DNA of 64,000 nucleotides from an uncultured Chloroflexia bacterium. Lineage in GTDB: Bacteria; Chloroflexota; Limnocylindria; Limnocylindrales; CSP1-4. The stretch lies in assembly GCA_963763775.1 (NCBI GenBank), contig CAVXPZ010000001.1, forward strand, positions 416,001-480,000, read 5' to 3'. Position numbers and translations under genes: made by a program. Positions 42,496 through 52,451 of this stretch are shown here, one piece after another; the first letter of the stretch is position 1; each line of letters begins with the position of its first letter. A model generated the notes under the pieces. That model was given only the letters and a program-made list of their open reading frames with translations. It did not search any database and was not told where the DNA came from.

Positions 42496-44049
42496 CGCGG
42501 ACCTCGGCTGATATCTCGCGCGGCCTCGCCGACGCGCGTCCGGCGCTCCCGATCGCGCCCGGCACCCGGATCCACGTCCTGGGCGTGGGCGGCGCGGCGT
42601 CGTCCGGGGCGGCCCTCCACGCGGCCGCGGTCGGCGCGACGGTCACGGCCTGCGATGCGGGTGGCGCCGACCCACTGACCGGGGCCGTGCTCGCCGCCGG
42701 CATCGAGATCGACTGGCACAACGACCCCGCCCATGTCCGCGACGCCGACGGGCGCCCGATCGTCGACCGCCTCGCCGTGACGAAGGCCGTCACCTCGGTC
42801 CAGCCCGATCATCCCGAGATCCTCGCCGCACGTGACGCCGGGATCTCGCCGGAGAGCGTCCAGCAGGTCATCGCGGACGCCGCCGAGACCGGCGGCCGAC
42901 GCCTCATCGGGGTCACCGGGACGCATGGCAAGTCCACGACGTCCGGCTGGATCCTCCATATCCTCACGTCGGCCGGGCACGACCCGTCGGGGTTCGTGGG
43001 GGCCGCCCTGCCGGCGTCGATCGCCGGGGCGTCGCGGGGAGTCGCGCGGATCGGGGCCGGCCGCGATTTCGTGGTCGAGGCGGACGAGTACGCCGGGAAC
43101 TTCGACCCGTACCGCCCGGCCATCGCCGTGCTCGTCTCCGCCGAGTGGGACCACCCCGACGTGTTCGCCTCCGAAGCGGCCGTGGTGGCCGCGTTCGGGA
43201 CGTGGATCGCCCGGCTGGAGCCTGGCCGTCCACGGCGTGCCGACGCTCGTCGCGAATGCCGGTGACGCGGGCGTGGACCGGGTCCTCGATGCCCTCGACG
43301 GCTGGACGGGCCGGCGGATCCTCGTGCGGCTCGAAGCAGCGCCGTCCGACCAGGCGAGACCCGTCGGCGACGCGACGCTCGTCGGGCGGGTCGTCGGCGA
43401 GGATCGCGACGGGACCGACCTCGAGATCACCGGCCTTCGCGGTCCCGACGCGGCCCCGGACCGGGTGCGCATCGGCCTGATCGGGCGGCACATGGCCATC
43501 GATGCGCTGATGGCGGCCGGCGGCGCCCTCGCGGCGGGCGTCGACACCGAGGCGATCCTCGCCGGGCTCGCGTCCTACGAGGGCGTCGGCCGCCGGTTCG
43601 AGCTCAAGGGCGAGGTCGGCGGCGTCACGGTCCTCGACGACTATGCGCACCATCCGACGGCGATGCACCTGACGTTCGGGGCCGCGCGGCAGCGCTATCC
43701 GGGCCGGCGGCTCTGGGCGGTGTACGAGCCGCTGACATACCACCGCACGGCCGCCATGCTCGATCGATTCGCGGACGTCCTGGCCGAGGCGGACCGTGTC
43801 GCGATCATCGACATCTGGGCGGTCCGCGACCCGGACACCACGATCACGTCGGCGCAGGCCCTCGCGGACGCCACGAGCGCCGTCAGCCGCGTCCCTGCGG
43901 TCGCCACGGGCAGTCCGGAGGCCAGCGCGGCGTGGCTCGCCGACCACGTCGAGGCGGGCGACGTGGTGCTCGTGATGGGCGGCGGGCGCTCGTACGTGGC
44001 CGCGGAGCAGCTCGTCGAGCGCCTGCTCGCTCGACAGTCCTCGGTCTAG
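42492..44049 (+). CDS. murC: Mur ligase, MurC/Mpl-like (apparent frameshift ~43220)
   Basis: IHVLGVGG, GTHGKSTT, VEADEY, DHPD, GVGRRFE, DDYAHHPT. Confidence 0.82.
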
Positions 44050-45632
44050 CTCGCGGTCGCGGCGGTCGTCTCGCCTGCCTGGTCCGTCGAGCCGTCCTCG
44101 ACCGCGCCGCCCGACCCGATCGGGCGGGCGTACAACTGGTGGCCATCGGACGTGATGCAGGCGCCCGTCGCCATCTCCCATTGCCAGCCGTGCAGGGCAC
44201 AGGTCATCACGCCGTCCTCGACGGACGCGAACCGCGTCAGGTCGGCCTTCATGTGCGGGCAGCGGCGCTGGACGTCGTACCCGGCGAGCTCGAACGTGCC
44301 CTGCGTCGGGCCGTGCTCCGCGTAGAAGCCCTCTGCGTACTGGAGACGCTCGACGTTGAGGCACTTGAACCACGTGTAGACGTAGTCGTTGTACGGGCCC
44401 CGGCGATGCGCCCGGAACCGCATCGACAGGAACAGCTCGTTGACCCAGTCCTCGACGTGCTCGCGGACCAGGTGGTCGACCAGCTCGCGCTCGATGAGGA
44501 ACTGGTAGCGCGGGTTCTCGTCGGGCAGCGGACGACGGACGCGTCGCTCGACGAAGTCGATGATGAGCTGCTCGTCGCCGATATCGAGCAGGACCGGCTG
44601 GTTGACGCCGGCGCAGATCATGTCGGCCTGCTCCAGGAGCGGATCCCACCAGACGGCGAGCTCCGTGAACACGTCGACCCGTGGTCCCTTCCATGACGCC
44701 CGCTCGGCGGCGATGACCGGCCGCTTGCGCGCCTGGTAGGCCTCGAGGTAGGCCCGCTTGTCGTCGAAGATCGTGGCCGGCTCCACCGGGTGGCGCACCT
44801 CGAACCGGCCGGGCGACACGTCGGCGACCGAGCCTGGGAGCATGAGCCGGCCGCCGTCGCGCCCGCGCTCACGGATGTACTCGAGGAAGGTCGGCTGGTC
44901 CGGGAACGTGTTCCACTCGTTGCCGTGGAGGTCGTTGTAGCCGAACAGGTCGTCGTCGAGGAAGCACGGCGGCCCCGCGGACGGCACGACGAACGCGGGA
45001 TCGAGGACCTCGATGTAGCGGAAGGCCCGGGCGAGCTGCGCGACGCGCTTCTTGTGCCCCAGCACCTCCTGGGCGTTGTCCGGGTAGTCGTAGACCATCG
45101 GGTACCAGATCGCCCCGGAGAACTGGAGGAACGCGGCATCGAGCGGGCCGTGCTCGAGCAGCCGGTCCGGCTCCGGCGGCCGCGAGTCGTTCATGTTCAG
45201 GACGCGGACCTCGCCGTCGTCGATGAGCAGCGCCGAATCGCCGATCGGGCCATCCGTGGGAGCGACCAGCGCGTGGATCGTCAGCGTGAGCGGGCCGGCC
45301 TGGAACGGCACGAGGTCCACGCTCTCGATGAACCGGTGGAACCCGAGCGCGTGCAGCTCCTTCTGGAGGTCCTCGATCGGGTACGCGGGCAGCAGCACCG
45401 TCGCGTCCTTGTCGACGTGGTCGCGCAGGTAGCGCGGGTCGAAGTGGTCGTGGTGGAGGTGCGAGACGTACAGGTACGTGGGATGGCCGATGCGTTCGGG
45501 GTCGATGCCGTCGTTCGCCGGGAACGGGTACCACGAGCCGAAGAACGCGGGGTTGAACCACGGGTCGCACAGGATGCTGACCCCGCGGGTCTCGACGTAG
45601 AGCCCCGCCTGGCCGAGGAACGTGATCTGCAC
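44046..45632 (-). CDS. Metallo-beta-lactamase-fold + C-terminal Rieske protein (Rv3818-like)
   Basis: SILCDPWFNPAFFGSWYPFP, SHLHHDHFD, SGAIWYPMVY, VPSAGPPCFL, CPH...CALHGW. Confidence 0.88.
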   Translation of the reverse strand: MQITFLGQAGLYVETRGVSILCDPWFNPAFFGSWYPFPANDGIDPERIGHPTYLYVSHLHHDHFDPRYLRDHVDKDATVLLPAYPIEDLQKELHALGFHRFIESVDLVPFQAGPLTLTIHALVAPTDGPIGDSALLIDDGEVRVLNMNDSRPPEPDRLLEHGPLDAAFLQFSGAIWYPMVYDYPDNAQEVLGHKKRVAQLARAFRYIEVLDPAFVVPSAGPPCFLDDDLFGYNDLHGNEWNTFPDQPTFLEYIRERGRDGGRLMLPGSVADVSPGRFEVRHPVEPATIFDDKRAYLEAYQARKRPVIAAERASWKGPRVDVFTELAVWWDPLLEQADMICAGVNQPVLLDIGDEQLIIDFVERRVRRPLPDENPRYQFLIERELVDHLVREHVEDWVNELFLSMRFRAHRRGPYNDYVYTWFKCLNVERLQYAEGFYAEHGPTQGTFELAGYDVQRRCPHMKADLTRFASVEDGVMTCALHGWQWEMATGACITSDGHQLYARPIGSGGAVEDGSTDQAGETTAATAS

Positions 45633-45731
45633 GACGCAAGGATACCGGCCGACCCCCGACCGCTGCCGAAGGACGACCGACGGGTCGGTGCCATACCATG
45701 GCGGTCCACCACACGAGGAGACCGATCGGTC

Positions 45732-46124
45732 ATGGCCGTCGACTACGCCACCGCGGGCGAGCTCCTCGAGACGTTCGGTCGCGCCTGGCAGACGTTCGAC
45801 GGCGACCTCATCGTCTCGATGTTCACCGACGACGCCGAATACCACGCCGACGCGTTCGCGCCGCCGATGGTCGGGCACAATGCCGTTCGCGCCTACTGGC
45901 TCGATGGGTCGAGGACGACCGAGCAGGTCGAGTTCACGGTCGAGCGCCACTGGGTGTCGGCCGACACCGTGCTCGCGGCCTGGCATGCCAGCTTCGTCGA
46001 ACGCGGGACCGGCGAGCGCGTCCGGCTGGCCGGGTTCATGACCTGGGAGATGGCGCCGGACGGCCGCATCGCGCGACTCCGCGAGTGGACGGTGACCGCA
46101 CCGACGCCCGGGTCGACCGGGTAG
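45732..46124 (+). CDS. SnoaL/NTF2-like protein
   Basis: FTDDAEY, GHNAVRAYW, GRIARLREW; SD GAGGAG. Confidence 0.85.
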   Translation: MAVDYATAGELLETFGRAWQTFDGDLIVSMFTDDAEYHADAFAPPMVGHNAVRAYWLDGSRTTEQVEFTVERHWVSADTVLAAWHASFVERGTGERVRLAGFMTWEMAPDGRIARLREWTVTAPTPGSTG

Positions 46125-46136
46125 GGAGGAGGATCG

Positions 46137-46628
46137 ATGGCGGGAGATATCTCGTTCGACGTCGTCAGTGACTTCGACGAGCAGGAGCTGCGCAACGCGC
46201 TCGACCAGGTGCGACGCGAGGCCGGGCAGCGCTACGACTTCAAGGGCGTCACGGTCGACCTGACCCAGGCCAAGGACGAGCTCACGCTCGTGACCGACGA
46301 CGAGTACCGCGCGACCGCGCTCAAGGACCTCATCGAATCGAAGGCGATCCGGCGCAACCTCTCGTTGAAGATCTTCGACTGGGGGAAGGTCGAGCCGGCC
46401 GGCGGCAACCACGTCCGCCAGGTCATCAAGCTGCGCCGCGGCCTGCCCGAGGACGTCGCCAAGCGGATCACGAAGCTGATCCGCGAGGAGTTCCCGAAGG
46501 TCAAGTCGCAGATCCAGGGCGACGCCGTCCGCGTGTCGGGGAAGAGCCGCGACGAGCTCCAGAAGGTCATCGTCCGGCTTCGCGAGCTCGACGAGCCGGT
46601 GCCGTTCCAGTTCGAGAACTACCGGTAG
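46137..46628 (+). CDS. yajQ: YajQ family nucleotide/c-di-GMP-binding protein
   Basis: SFDVVS, RYDFKG, KVKSQIQGD.VRVSGKSRDELQ, QFENYR. Confidence 0.95.
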   Translation: MAGDISFDVVSDFDEQELRNALDQVRREAGQRYDFKGVTVDLTQAKDELTLVTDDEYRATALKDLIESKAIRRNLSLKIFDWGKVEPAGGNHVRQVIKLRRGLPEDVAKRITKLIREEFPKVKSQIQGDAVRVSGKSRDELQKVIVRLRELDEPVPFQFENYR

Positions 46629-46637
46629 GATCGATCG

Positions 46638-46739
46638 ATGCCAGGTTCCCGCATCTCCAGGGTCATCATGGTCGTCGTGACGGCCATCATCGTGCTCGGG
46701 CTCGTGCTGACCACGGCCGCATTCCCGACGTCCCACTGA
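46638..46739 (+). CDS. Small single-TM protein (33 aa), not in the ORF track
   Basis: MPGSRISRVIMVVVTAIIVLGLVLTTAAFPTSH; fills the yajQ-TPP enzyme gap; GC3-rich codons. Confidence 0.6.
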   Translation: MPGSRISRVIMVVVTAIIVLGLVLTTAAFPTSH

Positions 46740-46740
46740 C

Positions 46741-48621
46741 GTGACCGATCCGCGACCCGGTCCGGACGACGGCCTGGATGGGCTGGGCGCGGCCGAGACC
46801 GCCGAGGCGCCCGATGCCGCCGAGGAGATCGACGGCGACGACATGGGCGCTCCGGCGCCCGACGGCGATGCCACCGATGGGGCCGACGATCACGACGGCG
46901 CCGATCGTCCCGCGGGCGCCGAGTCGTCCGACGGTCCCGCCGAGGACCCGGCCCCGAGCGAGCCCGCCGGTCCGGTCACCGTCGGCCGATATGTGGCCGC
47001 GACGCTGCGGGCCGCCGGGGTGCGCTACGCCTTCACGGTCCCGGGCAAATCCTTCCTCGGCCTCCTCGACGCGCTCGGGGACGTGGGGATCCGGGTCGTG
47101 GCGACACGTCACGAGGGCGCCGCGGCGTTCATGGCCGAGGCGCACGGTCAGTTGACGGGCCGTCCCGCCGCGTGTCTCGCGACGCGAGCGGTGGGTGGGG
47201 CCAATCTGGCGATCGGCATCCACACGGCCCGGCAGGACTCGAGTCCGATGTTCGCGGTCGTCGGCCAGGTGGCTCGGCGGAACCTCGGCCGCGAGGCGTT
47301 CCAGGAGATCGACCAGGTCGCCACCATCGGCGGGCTCGCGAAGTGGTCGGGCCAACCGGAGACCGCGGAACAGGTCCCGGTCGTCATGGGCGAGGCCGTC
47401 CGCGAGGCGCTCGGGGGCCGTCCCGGGCCGGTCCTCATCTCGATCCCGGAGGACCTCCTCGACGAGGTCGTCGAACTCCCACCGGCCGATGTCCACCGCC
47501 CGCCGGCGGCGCGCGCCACGCCCGAGGAGATCCGGGCCGTCATCGATCTGCTGGCGTCGGCCGAGCGCCCGGTCATCCTGGCCGGCGGCGGCGTCCTGCG
47601 CGCCCGCACCTCGACCGAGCTGTTGCGGTTCGCCGAGCTGCTGCACGTGCCGGTCATCGCGGGCTGGCGCCGCGGCGACGTCATCTCGAACGATCACCCG
47701 TCGTACCTCGGCATGGCCGGCCTAGGAGCGCCGGCCACGGTCAAGGCGCGCCTCGATGCCGCCGACGCCCTGCTGGTCATCGGGTGCCGGCTCAATGAGG
47801 CCACGTCGTACGACTACGCGGTGCCGGGACCGAACGTCCGATGGGCGCATGTCGACGTGGCGCCGGTGCGGGGCGCGGGCCTGGCACCGGCCGACATCGT
47901 CGTGGAAGCCGATGCGCGGACGTTCCTTCGCGCCGCGAACGAGCGCCTCCTGGGCGGTGCCGTCCTCGACGCCGAGCGCGTGGCCACCCGCGACCAGCAC
48001 AACGCGGCCGATCGGACGGCCTGGGAGGCGGCCACGGTCGTCGACGGCTTGCCGTGGGAAGGCCCGGGCGTCCATCCCGGCCGGACGATCACGACCCTGC
48101 GGCGCGTACTCCCGGACGAGGCGATCATCACGACGGACGCCGGCAACTTCGGCGGCTGGGTCGCTCGCGGCTTCCGGTTCCGCCGGCCCGGCACGTTCCT
48201 TGGACCGACATCCGGCGCGATGGGCTATGGCTTGCCGGCCGCGATCACGGCCGCCCTGATCCACCGCGACCGGCCGGTCGTGGCCATCGTCGGCGACGGC
48301 GGCCTGGCGATGACCATGGCCGAGCTCGAGACCGCGGTCCGCGAGCATGCGCGGGTCATCGTGCTCGTCTTCGACAACGAGCGATACGGGACGATCCGCA
48401 TGTGGCAGGACCGCCGTGGCACCGGCCAGGGCGTGGCCACCGAGCTCGGACCCGTCGACTTCACGGCGATCGCCAGGGCCTGCGGGGCCCGCGGGACGCG
48501 TGTCGAACGCGACGCGGACGTCGAGCCGGCGCTGCGCGCCGCCCTCGCGGCGGACCGACCGACGGTCATCCAGGTCGTGCTCGATCGCGGGTGGGTCTCG
48601 GTCGACCAGCCGGCAACGTGA
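46741..48621 (+). CDS. Thiamine pyrophosphate-dependent enzyme (acetolactate synthase-like family)
   Basis: RHEGAAAFMAEA, EAFQEID, SGAMGYGLP, GDGG...DN..YG; acidic N-terminal extension. Confidence 0.9.
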   Translation: MTDPRPGPDDGLDGLGAAETAEAPDAAEEIDGDDMGAPAPDGDATDGADDHDGADRPAGAESSDGPAEDPAPSEPAGPVTVGRYVAATLRAAGVRYAFTVPGKSFLGLLDALGDVGIRVVATRHEGAAAFMAEAHGQLTGRPAACLATRAVGGANLAIGIHTARQDSSPMFAVVGQVARRNLGREAFQEIDQVATIGGLAKWSGQPETAEQVPVVMGEAVREALGGRPGPVLISIPEDLLDEVVELPPADVHRPPAARATPEEIRAVIDLLASAERPVILAGGGVLRARTSTELLRFAELLHVPVIAGWRRGDVISNDHPSYLGMAGLGAPATVKARLDAADALLVIGCRLNEATSYDYAVPGPNVRWAHVDVAPVRGAGLAPADIVVEADARTFLRAANERLLGGAVLDAERVATRDQHNAADRTAWEAATVVDGLPWEGPGVHPGRTITTLRRVLPDEAIITTDAGNFGGWVARGFRFRRPGTFLGPTSGAMGYGLPAAITAALIHRDRPVVAIVGDGGLAMTMAELETAVREHARVIVLVFDNERYGTIRMWQDRRGTGQGVATELGPVDFTAIARACGARGTRVERDADVEPALRAALAADRPTVIQVVLDRGWVSVDQPAT

Positions 48622-48960
48622 CGCGGACGACGTTCCACATCGTCCCGGCCGAGGTCTGGGATCGATCGGACCCGACACAGCCGTACGCCGCCGCGTCACT
48701 CGTGTCGGAGGGCTTCATCCATTGCACCGATGGCGAGGCCGCGCTGTACGCGACCGCTGACCGCCATTTCGGCGACGATCCGCGCGAGTTGCTCGTCCTG
48801 ACGGTGGACCTGGCGGCGACCGGATCGCCCTGGCGCATCGACGATCCGGCGGGGATCTTCCCGCACGTCTTCGGCGCCGATCGACCGGGCGGCGGTCCTC
48901 CGGGTGCAGCGGCTCCTGCGCGACGAGGACGGCCACTCCCGGAGCCTGATCGCGGTCTAG
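48618..48960 (+). CDS. DUF952 family protein (apparent frameshift ~48878)
   Basis: FHIVP..W, SL.SEGFIHCT, FPHVFG then PIDRAAV in the next frame. Confidence 0.82.
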
Positions 48961-49334
48961 CGCGGCCGGTCGTCGTCCCGGAGCACCGGGAGGTCGGACC
49001 GCTCCCGGAGGTGGAACGCCACGCCGTAGATCTCGCCGTTCTCCGGATCCTTCCGGGGCGCGGCGGTCAGGCGCCACTCCTCGTCGCCACGTCGGATCCA
49101 CCGGGCGAGTGGCCGGCCGCCCTGGTAGACCGCATCGAGGAGCGTGAACGCCTCGGACGGCAGTCCCAGGATCCCCTCACGAGCCGGCAGGCCCACGGAG
49201 ACGTCGCCGAAGGCCGCCCGCAGGGCCGGGTTGCCGTACACGATCATGTGCGCCGGCCCGGCGCACAGGCCGGCCGGACGCTCGCGGGGCACGTCAGCGG
49301 GACCGCCGTGTCGCACGGTCCCCGACTCGGTCAT
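48957..49334 (-). CDS. Hypothetical protein, possible stand-alone PAS-fold domain
   Basis: GPAHMIVYGNPA...GLPARE...LLDAVYQGGRP...P.KD..GEIYGV resembles a PAS_4 pattern; ATGA overlap with upstream gene. Confidence 0.6.
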   Translation of the reverse strand: MTESGTVRHGGPADVPRERPAGLCAGPAHMIVYGNPALRAAFGDVSVGLPAREGILGLPSEAFTLLDAVYQGGRPLARWIRRGDEEWRLTAAPRKDPENGEIYGVAFHLRERSDLPVLRDDDRPR

Positions 49335-50137
49335 CGACGGTCGCCGGCCCTCGGGCGTCGGGACAGCAGGAGGCCCGCACCCGTGATGGCCGCCAGCAGC
49401 ACGAAGATGGCGGCCGCGGGCGCGCCCGGGTCGCGAGGGGTGGTCGACAGGATGGTGTCGGTCGGGGGCGGGGTGACGTGGGTCGTCGGGCCGGGTCCGG
49501 TGCTGGGCTGGGCCGGGATCGTGACCGTGAACGCGACCGCGTCCAGCAGGTTCCCGACCGAATCGTTGCCGGAGGCCGTGCTCACCGCGCGGAAGGCGAA
49601 CCGCGTGCACGTCTGCCCGGCGGGGACCACGTAGTCGGCGCCGTGGGCGCCCCAATCGGTGGTGCCGTCGGTCATGTCCGGCGAGGTGTAGTCCCAGCCG
49701 GTGGCGCCGTTGACGTCCGCGACGGACGCGTCGCCGATCAGGACCTGCATCGTGTCGTCGCCTTCGCGCCCACGGTGCAGGAGCGTCCAGCTCATGGTCG
49801 CACCCGGCGTGCTGATGACGTCCTGGTAGAGCGTGCCGGCGGTGTTCGCATTGAGCTCCGCGAAGGCGTTGCCCTGCCCGGCGGGGACGCCGAGGAACCC
49901 ATCGCCCCAGATCTCGATCTCGCCGAGGCCGTCCGTCGTCTGCCAGGGCGGCACGGAGGCGGCCGGGAACAGGGTGAACGTGTCCGGCGTGACGGCCGGG
50001 GTCTCGAAGCCGCCGTTCATGAGCTGGTCGCTGGAGCCGTCGCACGGGGCTGCCAGGACGGGACCGGCGACCGCCAGCGAGCCGATGGCCAGCATCGGGA
50101 CGGTGAGCAGCAACAGACCAGGATGACGCGCGCGCAT
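49331..50137 (-). CDS. Secreted, surface-anchored protein (carbohydrate-binding-like NGGFETP domain; PPTD-type sorting signal)
   Basis: Signal peptide (..GPVLA), LMNGGFETP, FAELNA, GNLLDAV, C-terminal PPTDT + TM + basic tail; SD AAGGAG. Confidence 0.75.
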   Translation of the reverse strand: MRARHPGLLLLTVPMLAIGSLAVAGPVLAAPCDGSSDQLMNGGFETPAVTPDTFTLFPAASVPPWQTTDGLGEIEIWGDGFLGVPAGQGNAFAELNANTAGTLYQDVISTPGATMSWTLLHRGREGDDTMQVLIGDASVADVNGATGWDYTSPDMTDGTTDWGAHGADYVVPAGQTCTRFAFRAVSTASGNDSVGNLLDAVAFTVTIPAQPSTGPGPTTHVTPPPTDTILSTTPRDPGAPAAAIFVLLAAITGAGLLLSRRPRAGDRR

Positions 50138-50310
50138 GGATGCTCCTTTCGCGGGGCACAGCGAGGAAGAGCGGGGGTTCGGTCTATGGTGCCACCCGGG
50201 CGTCGTCCCCGTCACTGTCCTGGAGCAGCGCGCGAGACGCGATCGCGATCCCGGGCTCGATCGCGCGCCGGTCGCCGGGCGCGCATCGGGCCGGTGCTAT
50301 CGTCGCGACC

Positions 50311-51546
50311 ATGAGCATCGATGTCCGAACGGTTCGCGACGACGAACTGACCGCGTTCATCGACACGCTGACGACCGGCTTCATCGAGCGGCCGTCCGAC
50401 CCCGCGCGCATCGCGGACGAGGTCCGGCCGTTCTGGGACCTGTCGCGCCTCTGGGCCGCGTTCGACGATGGGCGGCCGTGCGGCACGTTCCGATCCTGGG
50501 CGACGGAACTCACCGTTCCCGGTGGGGCCCGGCTGCCGGGGTCCGCCATCGCCGCGGTCAGCGTCCTGCCGTCGCACCGGCGGCGAGGCATCCTGCGCGC
50601 GATGACCGCCGCCGAGCACGGGGCCATCCGGGATCGTGGCGAGGTCGTCGGGCTCCTCCACGCGGCCGAGTGGCCCATCTACGGCCGCTTCGGGTACGGG
50701 CCGGCCACGCAGGAGGCCACATGGCAGCTCGACACTCGGCAGGCGACCGTGCGCGGCGAGCCGACGGGACGCGTCGACATCATCGCGGCGGACGCGGCCG
50801 CGCGTGACCGGGCCATGTCGGTCTTCGAGGCGTGGCGGCTCCGCGAGACCGGATCCCTCCGTCGCCGGGCCGTCAGCTGGGAGTACGACTTCGGGCTCGT
50901 CACGACCGCCTGGGGCGAGGACTGGAAGGGGTTCGTGGCGGTCCACGAAGACTCCTCGGGCGAGACCGACGGCTACCTGCGCTACAGCCGGGCGGAGGAC
51001 CGCTGGGAGCGCCACCAGCCGCAGTACGTCCTGCGGATCGACGAGCTGCTCGCCCTGACCGACACGGCGTACGACGATCTCTGGCGGTTCGCGGCCGGGA
51101 TGGACTGGGTGGCCACGGTGAAGGCCGAGCGTCGGCTCCCGACCGAGCGGCTGCCGTGGATCCTCTCCAACGCCCGCGCCGCCAGCGTCTCCGACGTGGG
51201 CGACGACCTGTGGGTCCGGATCTTCGACGCCCAGCGGGCGCTCGAGGCGCGCACGTACGACCGCGTGGGGCAGGTCGTCCTCGAGATCGTCGACCGTGAG
51301 GCCAGTGGTGGCCGGACGCGCCTGCTCCTCGACGCCGGCCCGGATGGGGCCCGGTGCCAGCCGACGGATCGCTCGCCGGACCTCACGATCGACGTCTCGG
51401 CGCTGGGCGCCGCCTATCTCGGCGGGACGCGCCTCCGTGATGCCGTCACGGGCTCCGGCGCCGACGAGCACCGTGCCGGCGCGCTGCTCAGGACGGAACA
51501 CCTCCTGCGGACCCTCGACGTGCCATGGTGCACGACGTTCTTCTGA
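50311..51546 (+). CDS. Eis-family GNAT acetyltransferase
   Basis: VSVLPSHRRRGIL, AAEWPIYGRFGYG, DLWVRIFD..ALEARTY, LGAAYLGG, C-terminal F. Confidence 0.9.
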   Translation: MSIDVRTVRDDELTAFIDTLTTGFIERPSDPARIADEVRPFWDLSRLWAAFDDGRPCGTFRSWATELTVPGGARLPGSAIAAVSVLPSHRRRGILRAMTAAEHGAIRDRGEVVGLLHAAEWPIYGRFGYGPATQEATWQLDTRQATVRGEPTGRVDIIAADAAARDRAMSVFEAWRLRETGSLRRRAVSWEYDFGLVTTAWGEDWKGFVAVHEDSSGETDGYLRYSRAEDRWERHQPQYVLRIDELLALTDTAYDDLWRFAAGMDWVATVKAERRLPTERLPWILSNARAASVSDVGDDLWVRIFDAQRALEARTYDRVGQVVLEIVDREASGGRTRLLLDAGPDGARCQPTDRSPDLTIDVSALGAAYLGGTRLRDAVTGSGADEHRAGALLRTEHLLRTLDVPWCTTFF

Positions 51547-52417
51547 TCAGGGACGGACCGGAGCCCGCGCCACCACCGAGAACGAGAGGGGGACCCGGCC
51601 GCGATCCTCGGGTCGGACGTCCGTGTGCCCGCCCCACCAGTCCACGGGGTGCTCGGCCACGCGATCGAGCCGCAGGCCGGCGCCGAGCAGGGCGGTGATG
51701 ACCTCGCCGAGCGTCCACGCCCGCGCGAACTTCCAGCTCTGGTCGTCGTCGCCGACCGAGAGATGGTCGATGTACTCGGGCGCCCAGCCCTTCGACGCCT
51801 CCGGGCCGCCGAAGTAGTCGTAGTCCGTGGCGACCCACCGGCCGTCCTCGTCGGCGTCGAACAGCCACTCGGCCGGGTGGCCCTCGAACAGCACGAACCG
51901 CCCTTCCGGTGCGAGGAGGCGTGCGACGACCGCCGCCCAGGCTTCGAGATCCTGCAGCCAGATGAGCGAGCCCCGGCCGGTGTAGACGAGATCGCCGGTC
52001 CCGTCCAGCTCGTGCGGGGTGTCCAGGACGTCGGCGAGGACCCATCGGGCCGGCGCGCCGGTCGCGGCGGTGAGGCGCTCGGCGAGCGCGAGCATGCGCG
52101 GGCTGAAGTCGACCCCGACCACCTCCGACGCCCCGAGATTCCAGAGTGAGAGCGTGTCGCGCCCGCCTCGCGCACTGGAGGTGGATCGCCCGGGGGCACC
52201 GTCCGCGGAGGTCGCCGATGAGCTCGACCTCGACGCCGAAGAGGTTCGTCCCGCCACGCCGGATCAGCTCGACCGCTTCGTCGAACCAGCCCTCGTAACG
52301 CTCGGCGGCCTCGTCCCAGGCCGCGCGGTTCGCGGCGTGCATCGCGCGCACGTCGGCGCGTTCCAGGTCCGTCGCGGGTCGGACGTGGTCGGGATGGCCC
52401 GGATCGACGGGTGTCAC
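51547..52417 (-). CDS. Class I SAM-dependent methyltransferase (apparent frameshift ~52170)
   Basis: ANRAAWD, IHLQC..GRDTLSL, VGVDFS, DLVYTGRGSLIWL.DL. Confidence 0.85.
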
Positions 52418-52451
52418 GCCGACCAGTATGCGTGGCGTCCCGGCGCCGGGG

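Noticed and set aside
47041-47060. PGKSF instead of the usual PGESF/Y in the TPP enzyme
   Set aside because: Single-base difference in an error-prone sequence; catalytic RHE Glu and GDG motif are intact
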